Assembly: GCA_024137785.1 (NCBI GenBank)
Contig: JAHRHZ010000025.1
Span: 25,474,110 to 25,538,109 of the forward strand
From: Ginglymostoma cirratum
Lineage: Eukaryota
DNA: 64,000 nt
Reading direction: 5' to 3'
Shown piece after piece: positions 1 to 13,640 of this stretch (positions within the stretch are counted from its first letter, which is position 1; every line of letters begins with the position of its first letter). The translations under genes and the position numbers were made by a program. The notes below the pieces were generated by a model. The model saw only the letters and a list, made by a program, of their open reading frames with translations, was not told where the DNA came from and did no database searches.

Positions 1-2319
1 ACAAACCTTGACTGTCATACCAGAATGCTAGGTCTTTGTTTTGCTGGATCACAAGAACAACATTGGGCACACATATTGCTGATGGCAATAAAGGTGTCTC
101 AATGGAGGTACTCCTTTCACTTCAGATAGCCATGTCAGCACCCAGTGGCACAATGGGAAACTACAGCAAAGTTTACAACAGTGCACCAAATGTACACCTA
201 CAGAAGAGCAGAATCGATACATTGAATGAACTCCTGTGCCGCCCATGTGCTCTAAAAATATTACCATCTTTCTGTGTCTACCTCTATGTCAGGGTAGTGG
301 CCAACATCCACAGCCAAGGTGGAGGCAACCAACTGACTGCTACTCCTCAGCCACAAATAGTTTTGTCGGGCAACTGTTGCAGACTGAGACCCAATATGGC
401 CCTGGCCTGTGGACCGTCTCCTGAATAGGTTCAGGTAGACCCTTTTTATGCTGAACTACTAGAGGTAATGGAATCACCAGCACAAAGATGTTGGAGGGTC
501 AAGGTACCTCTAGAGTGTCCTGAGATGAATCTCCCAGAGTGCCTGGCTGGCATTCCTCTTCCCTTTATACCTGCTGGCACTTCCTTGTCTCCTTGTGATG
601 ATGGGGTGCTTGGATTGAGGGTAAGACACAATGCCCTCTCACCATGCCATTGTTAATATGTACTTATAGCTAGACCAATAGATGTCAGTATATCCAAGAA
701 GCTAATATCTTCTGTACGGAGGCAAGTAAGTGCTTGAACATCTAAGTCATAACAGTTGGATGACCTGCCTCCTCCAACATTCGCTTTAGTATTGAGAGGG
801 CCTCAGGTATCACTGCCTGAAGCTCTCCTGCCTGCCTCTACACATGCAACATGTCCCTGATGGCCAAGTACAGAGTCAGGTCTTCTGTATGAGGTACAAC
901 AGGTGCCAGTTCTCCAGCAGTCTCTGATTGTAAGAGACCTCAGGTGTTAATTGCTCCATTGGCTGTCAATCAATGTCCTCAATGTGCTTACCAGGATGTC
1001 ACCCTGACCTGACTGCAATTAGTGCCCTGCTGAGGTGAGTGCCTCTAAGCTGGTGGAGAATACTGTGCCAGTGCCTTTCCTGAGTTTTCAGAGACATCAA
1101 CCTCAGAGCTGGTGTTGCTGAGGAAGATTGTGAGCTCTAGTGCTTCCTCCTCTTCTAGCCACTTGTGCCTACTTTGGAGAAATAAAAGAATTAGCTTTTG
1201 AGAACTGTTAGAACATTGACAGCACACATTGGTAGCTGTCAGATATTCAGCACATCACTAATGAAGTGCTGGCCTTAGCAGACAATTGTCTTTTGTGACA
1301 TGCTGCAGCCTTTGTTAGACTTTCGGATGTCCTTATAATTGTTTGTTGGCAGTGAGTCGATGGTGCCACTAACCCTGATGGAGAGCAGGAACTTGTTCAT
1401 CATTGTCCTGTACTCATCGGGTTCTTTTATGCAGGTCACAGGAGGTGACCTACAGCTGGGACTGCAGTCTGGTTTGTCCAGGTCTCTCCACATGCCAGAA
1501 AAGGATATTTCTTCATTGAACAAATGGCCGGGAGAAAAATTCCTGCAGCTAGTTGCCTCTCATGAGGCATAACTGGATTTGGGAATAGGGGTGTTTGTTC
1601 TGTTTGTTTCTGAGCCATTCCAGGAGGGGGAGGAGAGGGAGTCCAGCTCAGGCTCCAGCAGGGCTGCAGGGTTATAATGAGCGAGCCACTGTCTAATTGG
1701 TGCTGAACATGGCAGGACACCTTCGACCTTGGAATGTCTGGGCAGCGATGAGAACACCTCATGAGATTCACTGTTCAACTCACAAAGCAACTCGCCTGTA
1801 TATGTAATGAGCTGAAAACCGTGTGACCGCGCGAGAAACCTCATCCTGCCCCTGAGCAGAAATAATAGCCTCTAACACGTCCAACTCCACACTTAGATTC
1901 CATAATTAAAGATTCTTCCCAAGGAGGTAGTTTGAAAGGGAAGTGGGAAATAGGCTGGGCATAATTTAAACTGAAAGAATCTGCAATTGAGTCCTGCACA
2001 AACATAGCCAACGGGAGGAAAAAAGGCTAAAAGACACAAAACCAGATTACCGCACTGTGGTGTGTTTAGTATGAACTAAATGAGGAAATGATATAGGAAT
2101 ATGATTTACTTGGTAGCAAACACAGGGACAGGCCATCACCAATACCAAGCCCCCAAATAAAGTTTTGAATTTTGAGACTATTCCATGCTTCTTTGACATT
2201 TGGCACCTACTTCGACTCTAAATTTCAAAATAAAACAATTTTCCAGAAGGAGTTGTTGATATGAAGTAAAGATGTTTAATTATTTTGGGCCTTATCGTGG
2301 TCATTTGTTAATGTAATAG

Positions 2320-3295
2320 AGATGTCACTGGCATTTATTGCCTATCGCCGATTGGCCTCAGTAGTCTGGAGCTACTTTCTTGAACTATGCAGTCAGTATG
2401 CTATTTATAAAGCTACAATGCTGTCAGAGCGGGAGTTTAAGAATTTTGACCCAATGACAGTGAAGAGACAGCAACATATTTTCAAATCAGGTTACAATGT
2501 GACTTGAAGGGGAACTTGCTGCTGGTAGTGTTGTCATTCACCTGCTGCCATCTTGTCCTCTTGGGTGTTGTAGGTTGCTGGTTCAGGGGTACCTTTACAG
2601 AGGTATAATCTATAGATAACATATATTCCAGATACACTGTGTTAGTGATGGAGAAGGGGAATGTTTTTGGTGATGGATAAGATGCCAAGCAAGTGAGTTG
2701 CTTGCTTTGGATGATATTGACTTCTTTGAACATTGTTGTACCCATGCAGGCAAGTGGGGAGTACTCCATCACACTCCTGTCTTGCAAATGAAGGAAAAAC
2801 CTTGGTGAATCAGGAGTTTAATCAGTTGACATAGCATCCACAACTTCTATACTGTTCTTGTGACCATGATATTTATGTAGGTGGTCCAGTAAAGTTTCCG
2901 GTCAATGATGATCCCCGGGATGTTAGTAGTGGATGGTTCAGTAATGGTAATGCCCATTGAATGTCAAGGAAAGGTGATTAGATTCTTTCTTGTTGGACCT
3001 GGACCTGACCTGGTCTGGAACTTGAATTGTGCAAATGTTACTTGTCACTTATCAGACAACGACTGGGTATGATCATCTGGGCATGGACTGCTTTAACATC
3101 TCAGGAGTTCTGCGATCATTGGTGAATATCCGCACCTCTGACCTTATGATGGAGGGAAGGTCATGATGAAGCGGCTGAAGCTTGGGCTTCAAATCTTATC
3201 CTTTGGGACACATGACACCGTGTCCTGAAACTGAGATGATTGGCCTCCAGCAACCACAACCATCTTCCTTTCTGCTAGGCACGATTGCAACAAGT
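2320..3295 (-). mobile_element. LINE 3' portion, same family as 43575-46295
   Basis: Reverse complement contains gaagatggttgtggttgctggagg, gaccttccctccatcataaggtcagagg, gtgtgatggagtactccccacttgcctg and tail ggcaataaatgcc. Confidence 0.75.
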
Positions 3296-5799
3296 AACCA
3301 TCATTATTTCCAGTACAAGAAACTAATCTAGTTTTGGTAAAATGATAAGGTCCATGTCCAATTACTTTCTTTGTTTTTCCATTAATCTTCCCATAGAGTC
3401 ATGCTGGCACAGTCGGAAATTCCCTGAGCAAATTCATCCCAAGTGGCTGTTCAGACTCAAATACAACCTTATAGTGTTCAACTAAAATAAACAGGTCATT
3501 GTCGTCTATTAAAATAATGGAAAGCTAAATGTCAGATGTACAGCTTAACCATTTGCACCAACAGCAAATTTTACTCCATATTCCTTCTTAAACCTTGTCG
3601 AAAGGGTTTACTTTCTTGCACAGGAAATAAGATTCATTTTCCCCTGCAAACATTTAAACTAAAGCGAATTGTCGACACTACTCAACTAAAGCCAATTTTT
3701 GCATTCATAATGGACAATGCCCAGCTGTTTTAACAAAGTTATTGTATATACATTTTGTATCCTTTGAACTGTGCTCAACCAAGGAAACACAGCAAATGAG
3801 CCCATTTCAAATGGCCTCTTCATTTGGTGCGCTGTTGCTGGTGGCCGGAGGCTAGTCTTTGAGAGGCAGGTTCTGACACAAGTGCTGTATGTGAAACTGC
3901 TGAGTGTCATGGTGGATTGTTGTTTTCGGACTTGATTCTTCCCTCAAGTTAGCACATTTCCTGCCGCTACCACAACCAACTAAGCCCCAGATTTATAGAT
4001 TTCTGTCTTCTTTCTTGATAGCACACTAGGAGATCAAGAGGTGGTTGAGATGCTCAGCACCTCCTAAATCCATTCCTAGGATCTGCAGGAAACAAAGATG
4101 ATTTACAAGCACTCTAAAAAAAACCCAACATCCCTAAGAGATATGTCCCCTTGGTTTTCTCAAGGAAATTGAAATGTATTTTAGTAGCATATTTGTTCAG
4201 TAAGTTCTTTAATGGCAAACACTAAAATGAAGATCTGTCAGTTGACCTTCAAAGCCATCAATTGGCCTTAAAACCTTATGTCCGAACTGAATGTGTGACC
4301 ATTTGTGGTAGAAAGCTATGTGTCTACGATCTGATGAAAGGTCACAGAGCTGAACTTTTAAATCTGTTTTTCTCTCTGTCAGTGCTGCAAAACCAGCTGA
4401 GTATTAGCAACAGTTTGTGTTTTTTTTTCAGATCGTTTGGATCCACAACATTTTGCTTTTGTGTTGGCTGAATGATTGGTTCTAACTGTCTTCATTTTTA
4501 CCTTGCAATTGATCGCAATGTTGCATATTGCTAGCCTCTAGTCCAAAGAGAAAGAAAGAAAACAGAGTTTAGTTACCATTGGATATTTCCAAATCCAGTA
4601 CATGTTGGTTTTACTTGTGCAAATCTGAGAACTTCCACATGGTCATCATCAATACTAACAGTTGAACTCCAAAGTAACAACATAATGTATGTCTGGGCTA
4701 AATGCTGGTACCTGCCCATAATGCCCATTGATGCTCACTGTATCAACCATCGGAACATCAGCATTCCAGAGCAACCACAGGAAAACCAGCCCTACGGAGT
4801 TCTGTGGTTAGCAGTTCCCATCACCACAACCGCATTGCCATTGTCATCTTAAAATGAACTTAGTAAATTACTGTTTGTGCAATAGATTTTATTAAGCCTG
4901 TCTCTAGAAGGGCTGATTTTGTTTTGCACAATACAATTGCCACTTTGTTCCCCAAACCAGGAGATTCATTGACTCAACATTCTGGATAAAACACTTCATA
5001 ATTTTACTAAAAACTGAGGTTACTGTTGCCATGGTGCACTCTCCCCTCAAACTCCAGGAAAACAAAACAACACTTCAATAATTCTTTTTGCAGAGAAATG
5101 TCTTGTAATGTCAGCTGAAGACAGGAGACAATGTTATTTTTAATTTCATTTTGTTTGAAATGAAAGCAGCCAAGGGAATGAGCACAGCCCAGAAACTGGA
5201 ACATATAATAGAGCTGAAGTGAATATACAACTAACGAGACATTATGGCTTCCTTTCATTTTGAATATTTGGTAAAAGTAAAAAATATCAAGTAATTGTAT
5301 TACATGGGTTATGTGATTTATTACAAACACTCAATTAGCAATTACCACTGGTGTGGTCAATGAACAAGTATCTAACACCTTCGCATTATATTCTTCTTCT
5401 CTCTATTTTCACGGACGGTTTAGTCCATTTAAGACAAAAAGGATTGCTCCTCATTCAAAACAATGAAGAGAAGATTGTCGTTATATATTGAGTATGAAAT
5501 GAGCAATTTCAACAACAACATTTTCTGGATTTTTTTTCATTGCAGCATTTAAACAGTGGTGTGCCATTAATAGAGACCTCTCACCCTCATCCTTTGCATC
5601 TTAACATCAAGCCTAAATATCATTACCACATGGTCACTGTAAAAGTTTTACTTACTGTGATAACATTTCCAAGGCTCATGGGATATCACAAATTAATCTC
5701 CCTTTGAAGCTCTTTCAGATGAGTTCCCTTGGTAACAGAGGCAATGACCTGCCTAGCTGGAACTCACCACCTGAGCCCTGTATAAATCAGACCCAAAAA

Positions 5800-6048
5800 G
5801 TACCCTCTTGTGATGTAGAGGTAGTGTCCCTACCACTGAACCAAGAGACCCTAGTTCAAGTCCTACATGCTCCAGAGGTGTGTAGTAGTATCTCTGAACA
5901 GGTTGATTAGAAAAATACATGAATTTTTTTTTAAAAAAGCAGACTTAAGAGGGCTTTTGTGGCGCAATGGTAGTTTCCCTACCTTTAAACCAGGAGGCCT
6001 GAGTTCAAGTCCCACCTTAACATCTCTGAACGGTTTGATTAGAAAATA
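5800..6048 (+). mobile_element. Two tandem copies of a short (~100-115 bp) tRNA-derived SINE; other copies at ~25398-25510 (+) and ~42730-42792 (-)
   Basis: A-box TGGCGCAATGG, B-box GTTCAAGTCC, shared end atctctgaac(a)ggtt(t)gattagaaaa. Confidence 0.65.
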
Positions 6049-8089
6049 GGTTAAAAATTTGGAAAAAAAACACAAAGCGGACCCGTGTCCAGGCTGTGGG
6101 GGGATCATACCTGCTTACACAGCCTTCTACATGCTCACTCATGGATGGAGGGAGGTGTGTCTATCCCTCTAACTGAACTATCATATAGAACCACCACATT
6201 CCTATTAATATCCCCCCGGTTAGCTTGAATGGCTATTTGTATCATGGTTCCATAGTCAGTTCATTCATCCACCCTGAGCAACATCTTTTAAAGATTTATT
6301 GATTTTATTTAATTTGTGTCTAAATATCTTTTTTCTTGGTTTTGTTTAATATTTTGCATATAGCTGTTAAAAAAGTAATATCAATGAACTGCAAATCATT
6401 GCAACCCTGCAATGTTATTGATGTCAAATTGAACTCAGAGCAAGAAGGGCTGAACTGAATGTAGTTCACAAACATTGAATGATGATTCATTTCAACACGC
6501 TTGCCTAGTTCTCCATATTCAATTTTCTTGTAAAATACTAGTGAATCTCCTGTGGTATTGTTCATTTGAGTTAATGGCATGTTTTCAGCTCTGTTTGTAT
6601 AGTTTTGTCTTTTTGACTTTGTTTCTTTGGCAATGTTCCCAAAAGTGTGAGTGGGGTAGGTACAGGATGCACTTTTGTTCCTGACACTGCCACAGGTCAC
6701 AGGGTAGGAGCAATAAAAAAAGGTGGACCTTTGGTGCTTAGGGATTGGATCTTGAGTGTCCTGCCCCCACTCCATTCCCTTTGGAATTACAGCAGCAATC
6801 CCATAGATTGATTGCATTGTTTTTACCCTAGTTTCTTTCAGAGGACACAATGCATTTCTAGGGCATGTATGAATAATTGACAATACCAGAATTATTCACT
6901 GTTACTCACTAATCTCAATATATTGAGAATGGGACAAGAGTGCTGGCTTGAAATTATTAATGTTAGAGATTTAGTTTTGTTGTGTTAAACATTGATTCCT
7001 TTGCAGCCAAGGAAAGGGTGACAGCTTGCAATTAATATCTACAGATGAAAGCTGAAACATCCCAGTTTAGTTTCTGACCCTATTGCTGTTAATTTTACTC
7101 TATCTCAGCACCAGGTTCAGACACTCTTTGAAGTTAATTTTCCTGTCAAACTCACCAGCACTCAGTGTTTGAATAAATAAAGCACAGTGGACACAGGCTG
7201 AAGGAAACAAAAAGGGTTCATTATAATTCTTTTATTTAATTTAGTATATTAAGGAGCTATTGATAGAACTTATTTATTAAAGCTTTCCTGACACAGACAG
7301 GGTGCCAGGCAGTATTAAAATGCCATGCCATCCATCTTTTGTGCTGAATACTTTCTGGCTTCTGAAAAATAGCAGTTTCTTTGCATTTATTTCAGTCTGG
7401 TGGGAAGATCCTTTTTCACAGTCAAAGCTAAATCCAATGCCAAGGGAAGGCAATTATTACTCTGACTATGAACCAGAGTAAAATGTGCTGAGCTGAATGT
7501 ATTTGGCTGAGTTTCAGAATCTCTGTGTTCACCTGGAGATTGAACCAGACCAAGTTAAATCAACTGGTGAGAAAGGGCGAGCTATGCCAGCAGTGCCAAT
7601 ATGAGAAGCAAAACAGCAAGATTTATTTGGGAGAATTTTCCTTCTGGTGTGAGATGAATGAATTATGTCCTTTCGTTTCAGTGGTAGAATCTTCACAAAG
7701 TAAACTCTAGAGATTGCAACAAAAGCCCATCACTTGAATAACACAGAGAATGATTTTGAGACGAACTTCAATACTGCAAGAAAGTAAATGGGAAAGACTC
7801 ACATTTATCTCCTATCATCTCCAGCACATCTCTATTAAGCAACTGAGCTCTTGCAGGCGGTAGGAATCTGTGATAGCATAGCTGGGGTTTCTCAAATATT
7901 CTACTCAGTCTGATCTCATATTTTCAAAGACTAAATGTTTTATTTATTATGATCAAACACTTAGCAAAACACCATCTGGTGCCAGCACTGCTAAAGACAA
8001 CTTGAATTCAAACAAGGAAATTAATTTTTTGTAAAAGATTTTCTAAATAAAGTTTTGTAGGGAGTAACTCAAGTTGTGCATTTTTAAAT

Positions 8090-8310
8090 ATTAATTCTTG
8101 GGATGTGAGTACTCCTGGCAAGAGTGACATTTATTGCCCATTCTTAGTTAACAACACGAAATTCTGGAGTCAAGTTTTCATCTATAACTGGCTTTTTTTA
8201 TTTACCCGTGGTACGTGAGTGTCACTGACTGGGCCAGCATTTATTGCCTGTTATGAGTTGCCCTTGAGAAGGTGGTGGTGAGCTGTCTTCTTGAACCACT
8301 ACAGTTCATT
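8090..8310 (-). mobile_element. Two short 3'-tail fragments of the same LINE/SINE family
   Basis: catttattgccc and gggccagcatttattgcc...gcccttgagaaggtggtggtgagc. Confidence 0.6.
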
Positions 8311-8789
8311 GGCTAAAATGTGGCCTGCTAGGTCACCAGACGGCATTTATGTAGCCATCACTTTGGCAGGGACTCCTGTCTGACACAAAACAATGGTCAT
8401 TCTATCTGTGGGGATAAATAGTTAAGCTGTGATGAGAATGATGAGAATATTAACCATCCTTCATGAATCTCAATTACTAAGATCTGAAAAAATGATATTA
8501 AGCATTTGGAAATCTTAATTTTCAGTACCAGAGAGGTTGTTGGGAGTATGTAATCTAACAAGAATCTTTCTATTCTATCTAGAATCTTCTGATTTTAATT
8601 CACCATTTCCCCTTTTTATTTAATCTCAGGATAGGCAATGTCCAAACTAAACAAGCTGACTCTAACCACTAACGTGAGTACATTTTTTCCACCGCACTTC
8701 CTTCAAGCACTCTATGGTCCTGGATAATCAGGATTTATCTCATTTATTGTGAGAATAATACTTTCCATATTACAGCTTTTGATATGCCT

Positions 8790-10240
8790 TTCCTTTCTCT
8801 CAACTGAGGATTGTCCTAGCCAATGCTGACAGGCCCCTTGATCATGTCCACTCCATTGCCTGCATTTCTGGGATCACTGCTTCTCCTTTAGCACAGAAGC
8901 ACATATTCCACCACACCAAACTCCACATTCAATGGATCATCCTCTGCCATTTTCAGTGTGTATATCATGACATCAAGACCAAACATATCTTTTCATCCCC
9001 TTACTTTTCTGCGTTTCAAAGGCACTGTACCCTCCACATTAGCCTGATCCACACCTTTCCCATCCCCAAAACAACCATCCATTTCCATGATACCTTTCCA
9101 AGCAAGAGCTGAGAATGAAATACCTCCTTCCTTCATAGTATCACAAAATTACAGAACCCCTAAAGGACAGAATGAGGCCAATAGCACCTGCACTCATTCT
9201 CCAAATAAGCATTATGACTTGATGCCATTCTCCTGCCTTTCTCCATACCCTTACACATTGTTTTTAGTTAGATGGTCACCCAATACTCCCTTGAATGCCT
9301 CAATTGAACTTGCCTTCACTTTTACAGGCTGTGCACTCCACACCCAAACCACTTATTGTGTGAAAAAGTACTTTTCTTACATTGCATTTATTTCTTTAAA
9401 TCTATGACCTCCCTTCTTGATCCATTTACGAATGGAACAGTTTCTCCCTGTCATCTTTAACCAGCTCCCTCATGGTTTTGAAAACATCTGTCAGATCTCT
9501 TCTTGGTCTTCTTTGCTCCAGTCTCAACTCATGACTGAAGTTTCTCATTCCTGGAAACATTTGTGTAAATGGTTCTCATTCCCTCCCTATCCTGGACCTC
9601 GGCACTCTTTTCAAATGAAGTAGCCATTTATGTAGATTTCATTCACTTCAGTATTCAATGTTTGCAGTATAGTCTCCCCTCCACTGGGAAGCCCAAATAC
9701 AGATCGATGACTACTTTGCAGAAACCTTCATTCAATCTGTAAGTGTGGTCTTAGCTTCCAGTCACCTGTTGTTTTAATTCCCCCGCCCACTCCAACCTCT
9801 TTGTACTCAGTTTCCTACAGTCTTCCAAAGAAACTCAATGGACGTTCGTGGGAGAGAATGTCATCTTTTAACTGGTCACTTAACAGCTTTCCACACTAAA
9901 CATTCAACAACTTCAGATCATAACTTTTGTCCCCAGTGTTTCAGATGGCTGTAGTTGGTAACGGTTCTGCTTTCTTCATTTATACCTGCTGTCGACCCAA
10001 TGTTCATTTACTTGTTTTGTTACCATCTCCTTTTGACTTGCCCATCATCCTTTTGTCAATTTCTCCTGCCTTTCAATCACAGAGCTTTCCTTTTGTGTTC
10101 TCTGTCTTCCCATCTTTCTGTTTCCATACTTGCTAAAGCCTGCACATCTGAAACTTTTCCAGTTCTGACAAATGTTAATTGACCTGTAAACCTATTTTTG
10201 CTCTCCACAAATGCTGTTTAACCTTTTATTTTCAGCAATG
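8790..10240 (+). mobile_element. Old decayed Penelope-like element, interrupted by a CR1 3' fragment (~9170-9580, minus)
   Basis: 9640-9915 aligns by eye with GIY-YIG region 44740-45045 (tttgcagaa, cctgtt, catcttt, ttcaacaacttcag); decayed tail ctctccacaaatgctg near 10201. Confidence 0.6.
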
Positions 10241-12394
10241 TGCTTGAAGACGGGAGCTGTAATTAATGTGGTAAAACGGAGGAGAGGATTGGCTTCAGAT
10301 CAGAGTGTTTAAGTATTCCAAATCAGAGCAAAAAGACCTGTAACAGTTAATGGGGAACATTTGGAAACTGTAATAACTGAAACACAATAAAGACACAACC
10401 ACGATCCACTCTTAATAATGAACTCATTTGCGTGTGTGTCTGGGATTTAACGGAGCCAATGTCAAGTTTGGATCGGCTTTGCTCTGTGCTTTGGCAGATG
10501 ATAACATTTTGCAAAGAAAAACCAACGAAACGCGGATGCTGGAAATAATATTTTGCATTCTGACTCATCCTTTGGTTCATTATTGTCTACCTCTGCTGGC
10601 TGTTTCTAAACTGCTAAACATCCAACGTTTTGTCAATTGCCCCTGTGTTATTTATCAAACATAATGAAAAATCAATCACTGTTATTCAAAAATGGGGAAA
10701 ATTTCTGCACAGGGTGAAAATTTGAAATAAAAATGGAAATCGCTAGAGATTAAAATTGTCGGGGGAGAAAAGGGAGGCTTTTAAACAAAAAGAAGTGAGG
10801 ATTCTGAGTTGACAACATCTCAGAGCTCATTTTTTTCACCTTAATTATTCAGTCTAATTGGTCACATTAGTTTAGTCTCAAAGTCATTATTTATACTATG
10901 GATCAGTAATGTTGTTTTGTATTAGAGAGACTGATAATCAAGAATGGATACCCATATGATGTTGAGTAGGGCTAATCCAGGTTCTTCCTGTGGAAATGAG
11001 GAGTTGTTCATTTGAAAAACCTTTGCTTGCAATTCCATCCCCTCTATCAAGGAGGACCTGTTAGACTGCCGGGAGGTTGGCATCTCAACCTGCTGCTTGA
11101 TGTCCACTTCCAAATAATTGATCATTCTCCCATTGCATTTGGAACTGGAAGGTAAGTGGTGATTTTCCACCAGCCTCTCCAGATAGCTTCTTTTAATCTC
11201 ACTTCAACGAATCTTTAACTGAGCCTATTGGCTAGCCTGCCATGAGGAGAATAGGAGATCTTGTTGGGTCAAATTGGCCATCATTAGATATGGCTTGGGG
11301 GCAGATTTTTTGGACATCTTCATAATTTTTGGGGTCCTATCTGTCTCTGTTGCCGATGCCAATGGGGCTCAGAAATTCAACCCATTGTTTTTGCTCAGTG
11401 TTTTTTCTTCTTACTGCAGATGCGATCCCACAAATATCAAGGACTTTTGTTCCCACAAACATCAAGAACTGTCAACAAGCACTTTTGAACATAGAGCCAG
11501 AATTCTGATCTGCTGAAATTTTGATTTAAAGTGGTCTCTGTAGGAATGATGTTATTGTAGTGGCATTTTTTGTTAGCTTCTAGTTTTATTCTAAATTTAT
11601 AAAATCCGTATGTCTGATCATCTGAGTCCAGCCTGAGTCTGCATTTTTAAACTATAATTAATATCCTGTCATTGACATCTGATGCTCAATCACCCTTTAA
11701 TTTGTCCTTTAGATAAACCTAAAGAATGAGAAAAAGTCTCTCAGATTTTGCTGACGCACTAGATCACAATAAGAAACACATGGTGGTCGAACTATTTCTT
11801 GCATATGCCTGGATCTCTCACTGGGTGGATAGTGGATTTATGTTGAATGCTCCATTGTCAGTCTCCATGTCATAGATGATAATTAGGTTCTTAGAAGTGC
11901 ATTTAAGTTTGAACTGACGAGCATTGGATGAACTGTGCTCCTTGGGTTTAGGATGATGAAATAATAAGTTGTCCATAATAAGTCAGATTCAAGAGTTTGG
12001 GAATAGTGTATAAACAATAATCAAAGCAATGGTTGAACTGGATAGCGCCAGACCAGAAGCAGAACTTCAGTGTAAATATTCAGCAGTATGAAGACCTTAA
12101 AGAAGTTGCTTGCATCTTGTGCGGCATTGATAAGTTTTTATTTTAGTAACGACACACATAGGGAAAGCCATAGGGTTATAGGAAGTAGGGTTACAGTCAT
12201 GATTCCCGACGCATATTGGGGATCTCAACTAAGTGCAAAACCTGGGTCTAATCTTTTCATGCAAAAAGAGGAATTAATTTAGAGACATGGAGCTTTAAGA
12301 AATGGAAGAAACATGGAGATGGAAAACTCTTATCCTGGTTTACACAGCAGGTCCAGCTGCATTTGCGGACAGAAATAGAGTTAACGTTTTGAGT

Positions 12395-12935
12395 CATAGA
12401 GTCATACAGCATGGAAACAGAGAGTTTGGTCCAACTTTTCTGCGCTGATCAGACATCCCAATCTGACCTAGTCACATTTGCCAGCATTTGGCCCATATCC
12501 CTTTAAATCCTTACCATTCATATGCCCACTCAGACGTCTTTTAAGTTTTGTAATCGTAACCGTCTCCACCACTTCCTGTGGCAGCTCATTCCATATATGT
12601 ACCACCTCCCCTCTCACCTAAGCCTATGCCCTCAAGTTTTGGACTCCTCCACCCTGGGAAAAAGACCTCGGGCTATTGACCCTATTTATGCCCGTCATGA
12701 TTTTATAAACCCCTATAAGGCCACCCCTCAGCCTCTGACACTCTGGGAAAAAAAGCCCCAGCCTATTCAGCTTCACCCTACAACTCAAACCGTTCAGTCC
12801 CAGCAACATTCTTGTAAACCTTTTCTGCACTCTCTCAAGTTTAACAACATCCTTCTTACAGAAGGCTGATGAGAATTGTATGCAGTATTCTAAAAGTGGC
12901 TTCACCAATGTTTCAAAACAATCATACAGAACTTG
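12395..12935 (-). mobile_element. CR1 LINE 3' end
   Basis: ORF 12624..12938 (LVKPLLEYCIQF..KKDVVKLERVQKRFTRML..RLRGGLIGVYKIM) is the CR1 ORF2 C-terminus; tail ctatgactc repeats. Confidence 0.85.
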
Positions 12936-13294
12936 CAATGTTAACTGGTACCCTCTTCACAAATGCTGCCTGACCTGTTGAGTTTCTCCAGTATTTTCTG
13001 CATTTGCTTTAGATTTACACCATTGACAGTATTTTGTTTTTGCTATCTAACTCTGGTTTCTTCTGCATGTTATAGATACATGTGCAATGGCGCTCATCGA
13101 CAACATTGTCTAACTGTGAGAAAATGCAAGTAAAGTGACTAAATGGCGTTTATCAACAAATTGGGATTTCATGAAGATGTGGTAACACTATAGAAATGCA
13201 GGTTATTCTATATAAAGCCTGTATTACCATAAAAAAACACTCGTTCTTACGCATTGTCTCTGGGATTGTGCAAATGTGTATGCGTTTGTACATA

Positions 13295-13640
13295 TCACAG
13301 AATCCCTTTAGTGCAGAAAGAGGCCATTTGGGCATCAAGTTTGCACTGATCTTCTGAAGAGTATCCCACCCAGACCCAGACCCCACCTTTTCCCTACATT
13401 TACCATGGCTAACCCACCTAGCCCGCAGATCCCTGGACACTACAGAACAATTTTTAAGCCTCGTCAATCCACCTAATCTGTGCAATTAGGTTGTGGGAGG
13501 ACACAGGAGCATTGGCAGAAACAAGGAGAATGTGTAAACGCCATACATACAGACAATCTCCCAAGAGTGGAATCAAACCCAGGCTCCTGCTGCTATGAGG
13601 CAGCAGTGCTAACCACTGAGCAACCGAACCACCGTGCCAT
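13295..13640 (-). mobile_element. HE1/V-SINE-type tRNA-derived SINE
   Basis: Reverse complement: ggcacggtgg...ctcagtggttagcactgctgcctca head, V-domain-like core, CR1-like tail. Confidence 0.75.

Noticed and set aside
5948-6015. tRNA-like sequences with A/B boxes (also 47741, 59650-59716, 13560-13640)
   Set aside because: No complete cloverleaf and each continues into a SINE body; these are SINE heads, not tRNA genes.
6320-6883. 187-aa minus-strand ORF
   Set aside because: Non-ATG start, no recognisable domain, no supporting exon structure; probably a chance ORF.
10150-10215. Ninth hammerhead at the end of the old Penelope copy (agttctgacaaatg...)
   Set aside because: Only CTGA remains; stem II and the GAAA box are unrecognisable, so it was not counted.
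11400-11515. Strong-looking acceptor ttttttcttcttactgcAG followed by an open frame
   Set aside because: No downstream donor or recognisable peptide; an exon cannot be supported.
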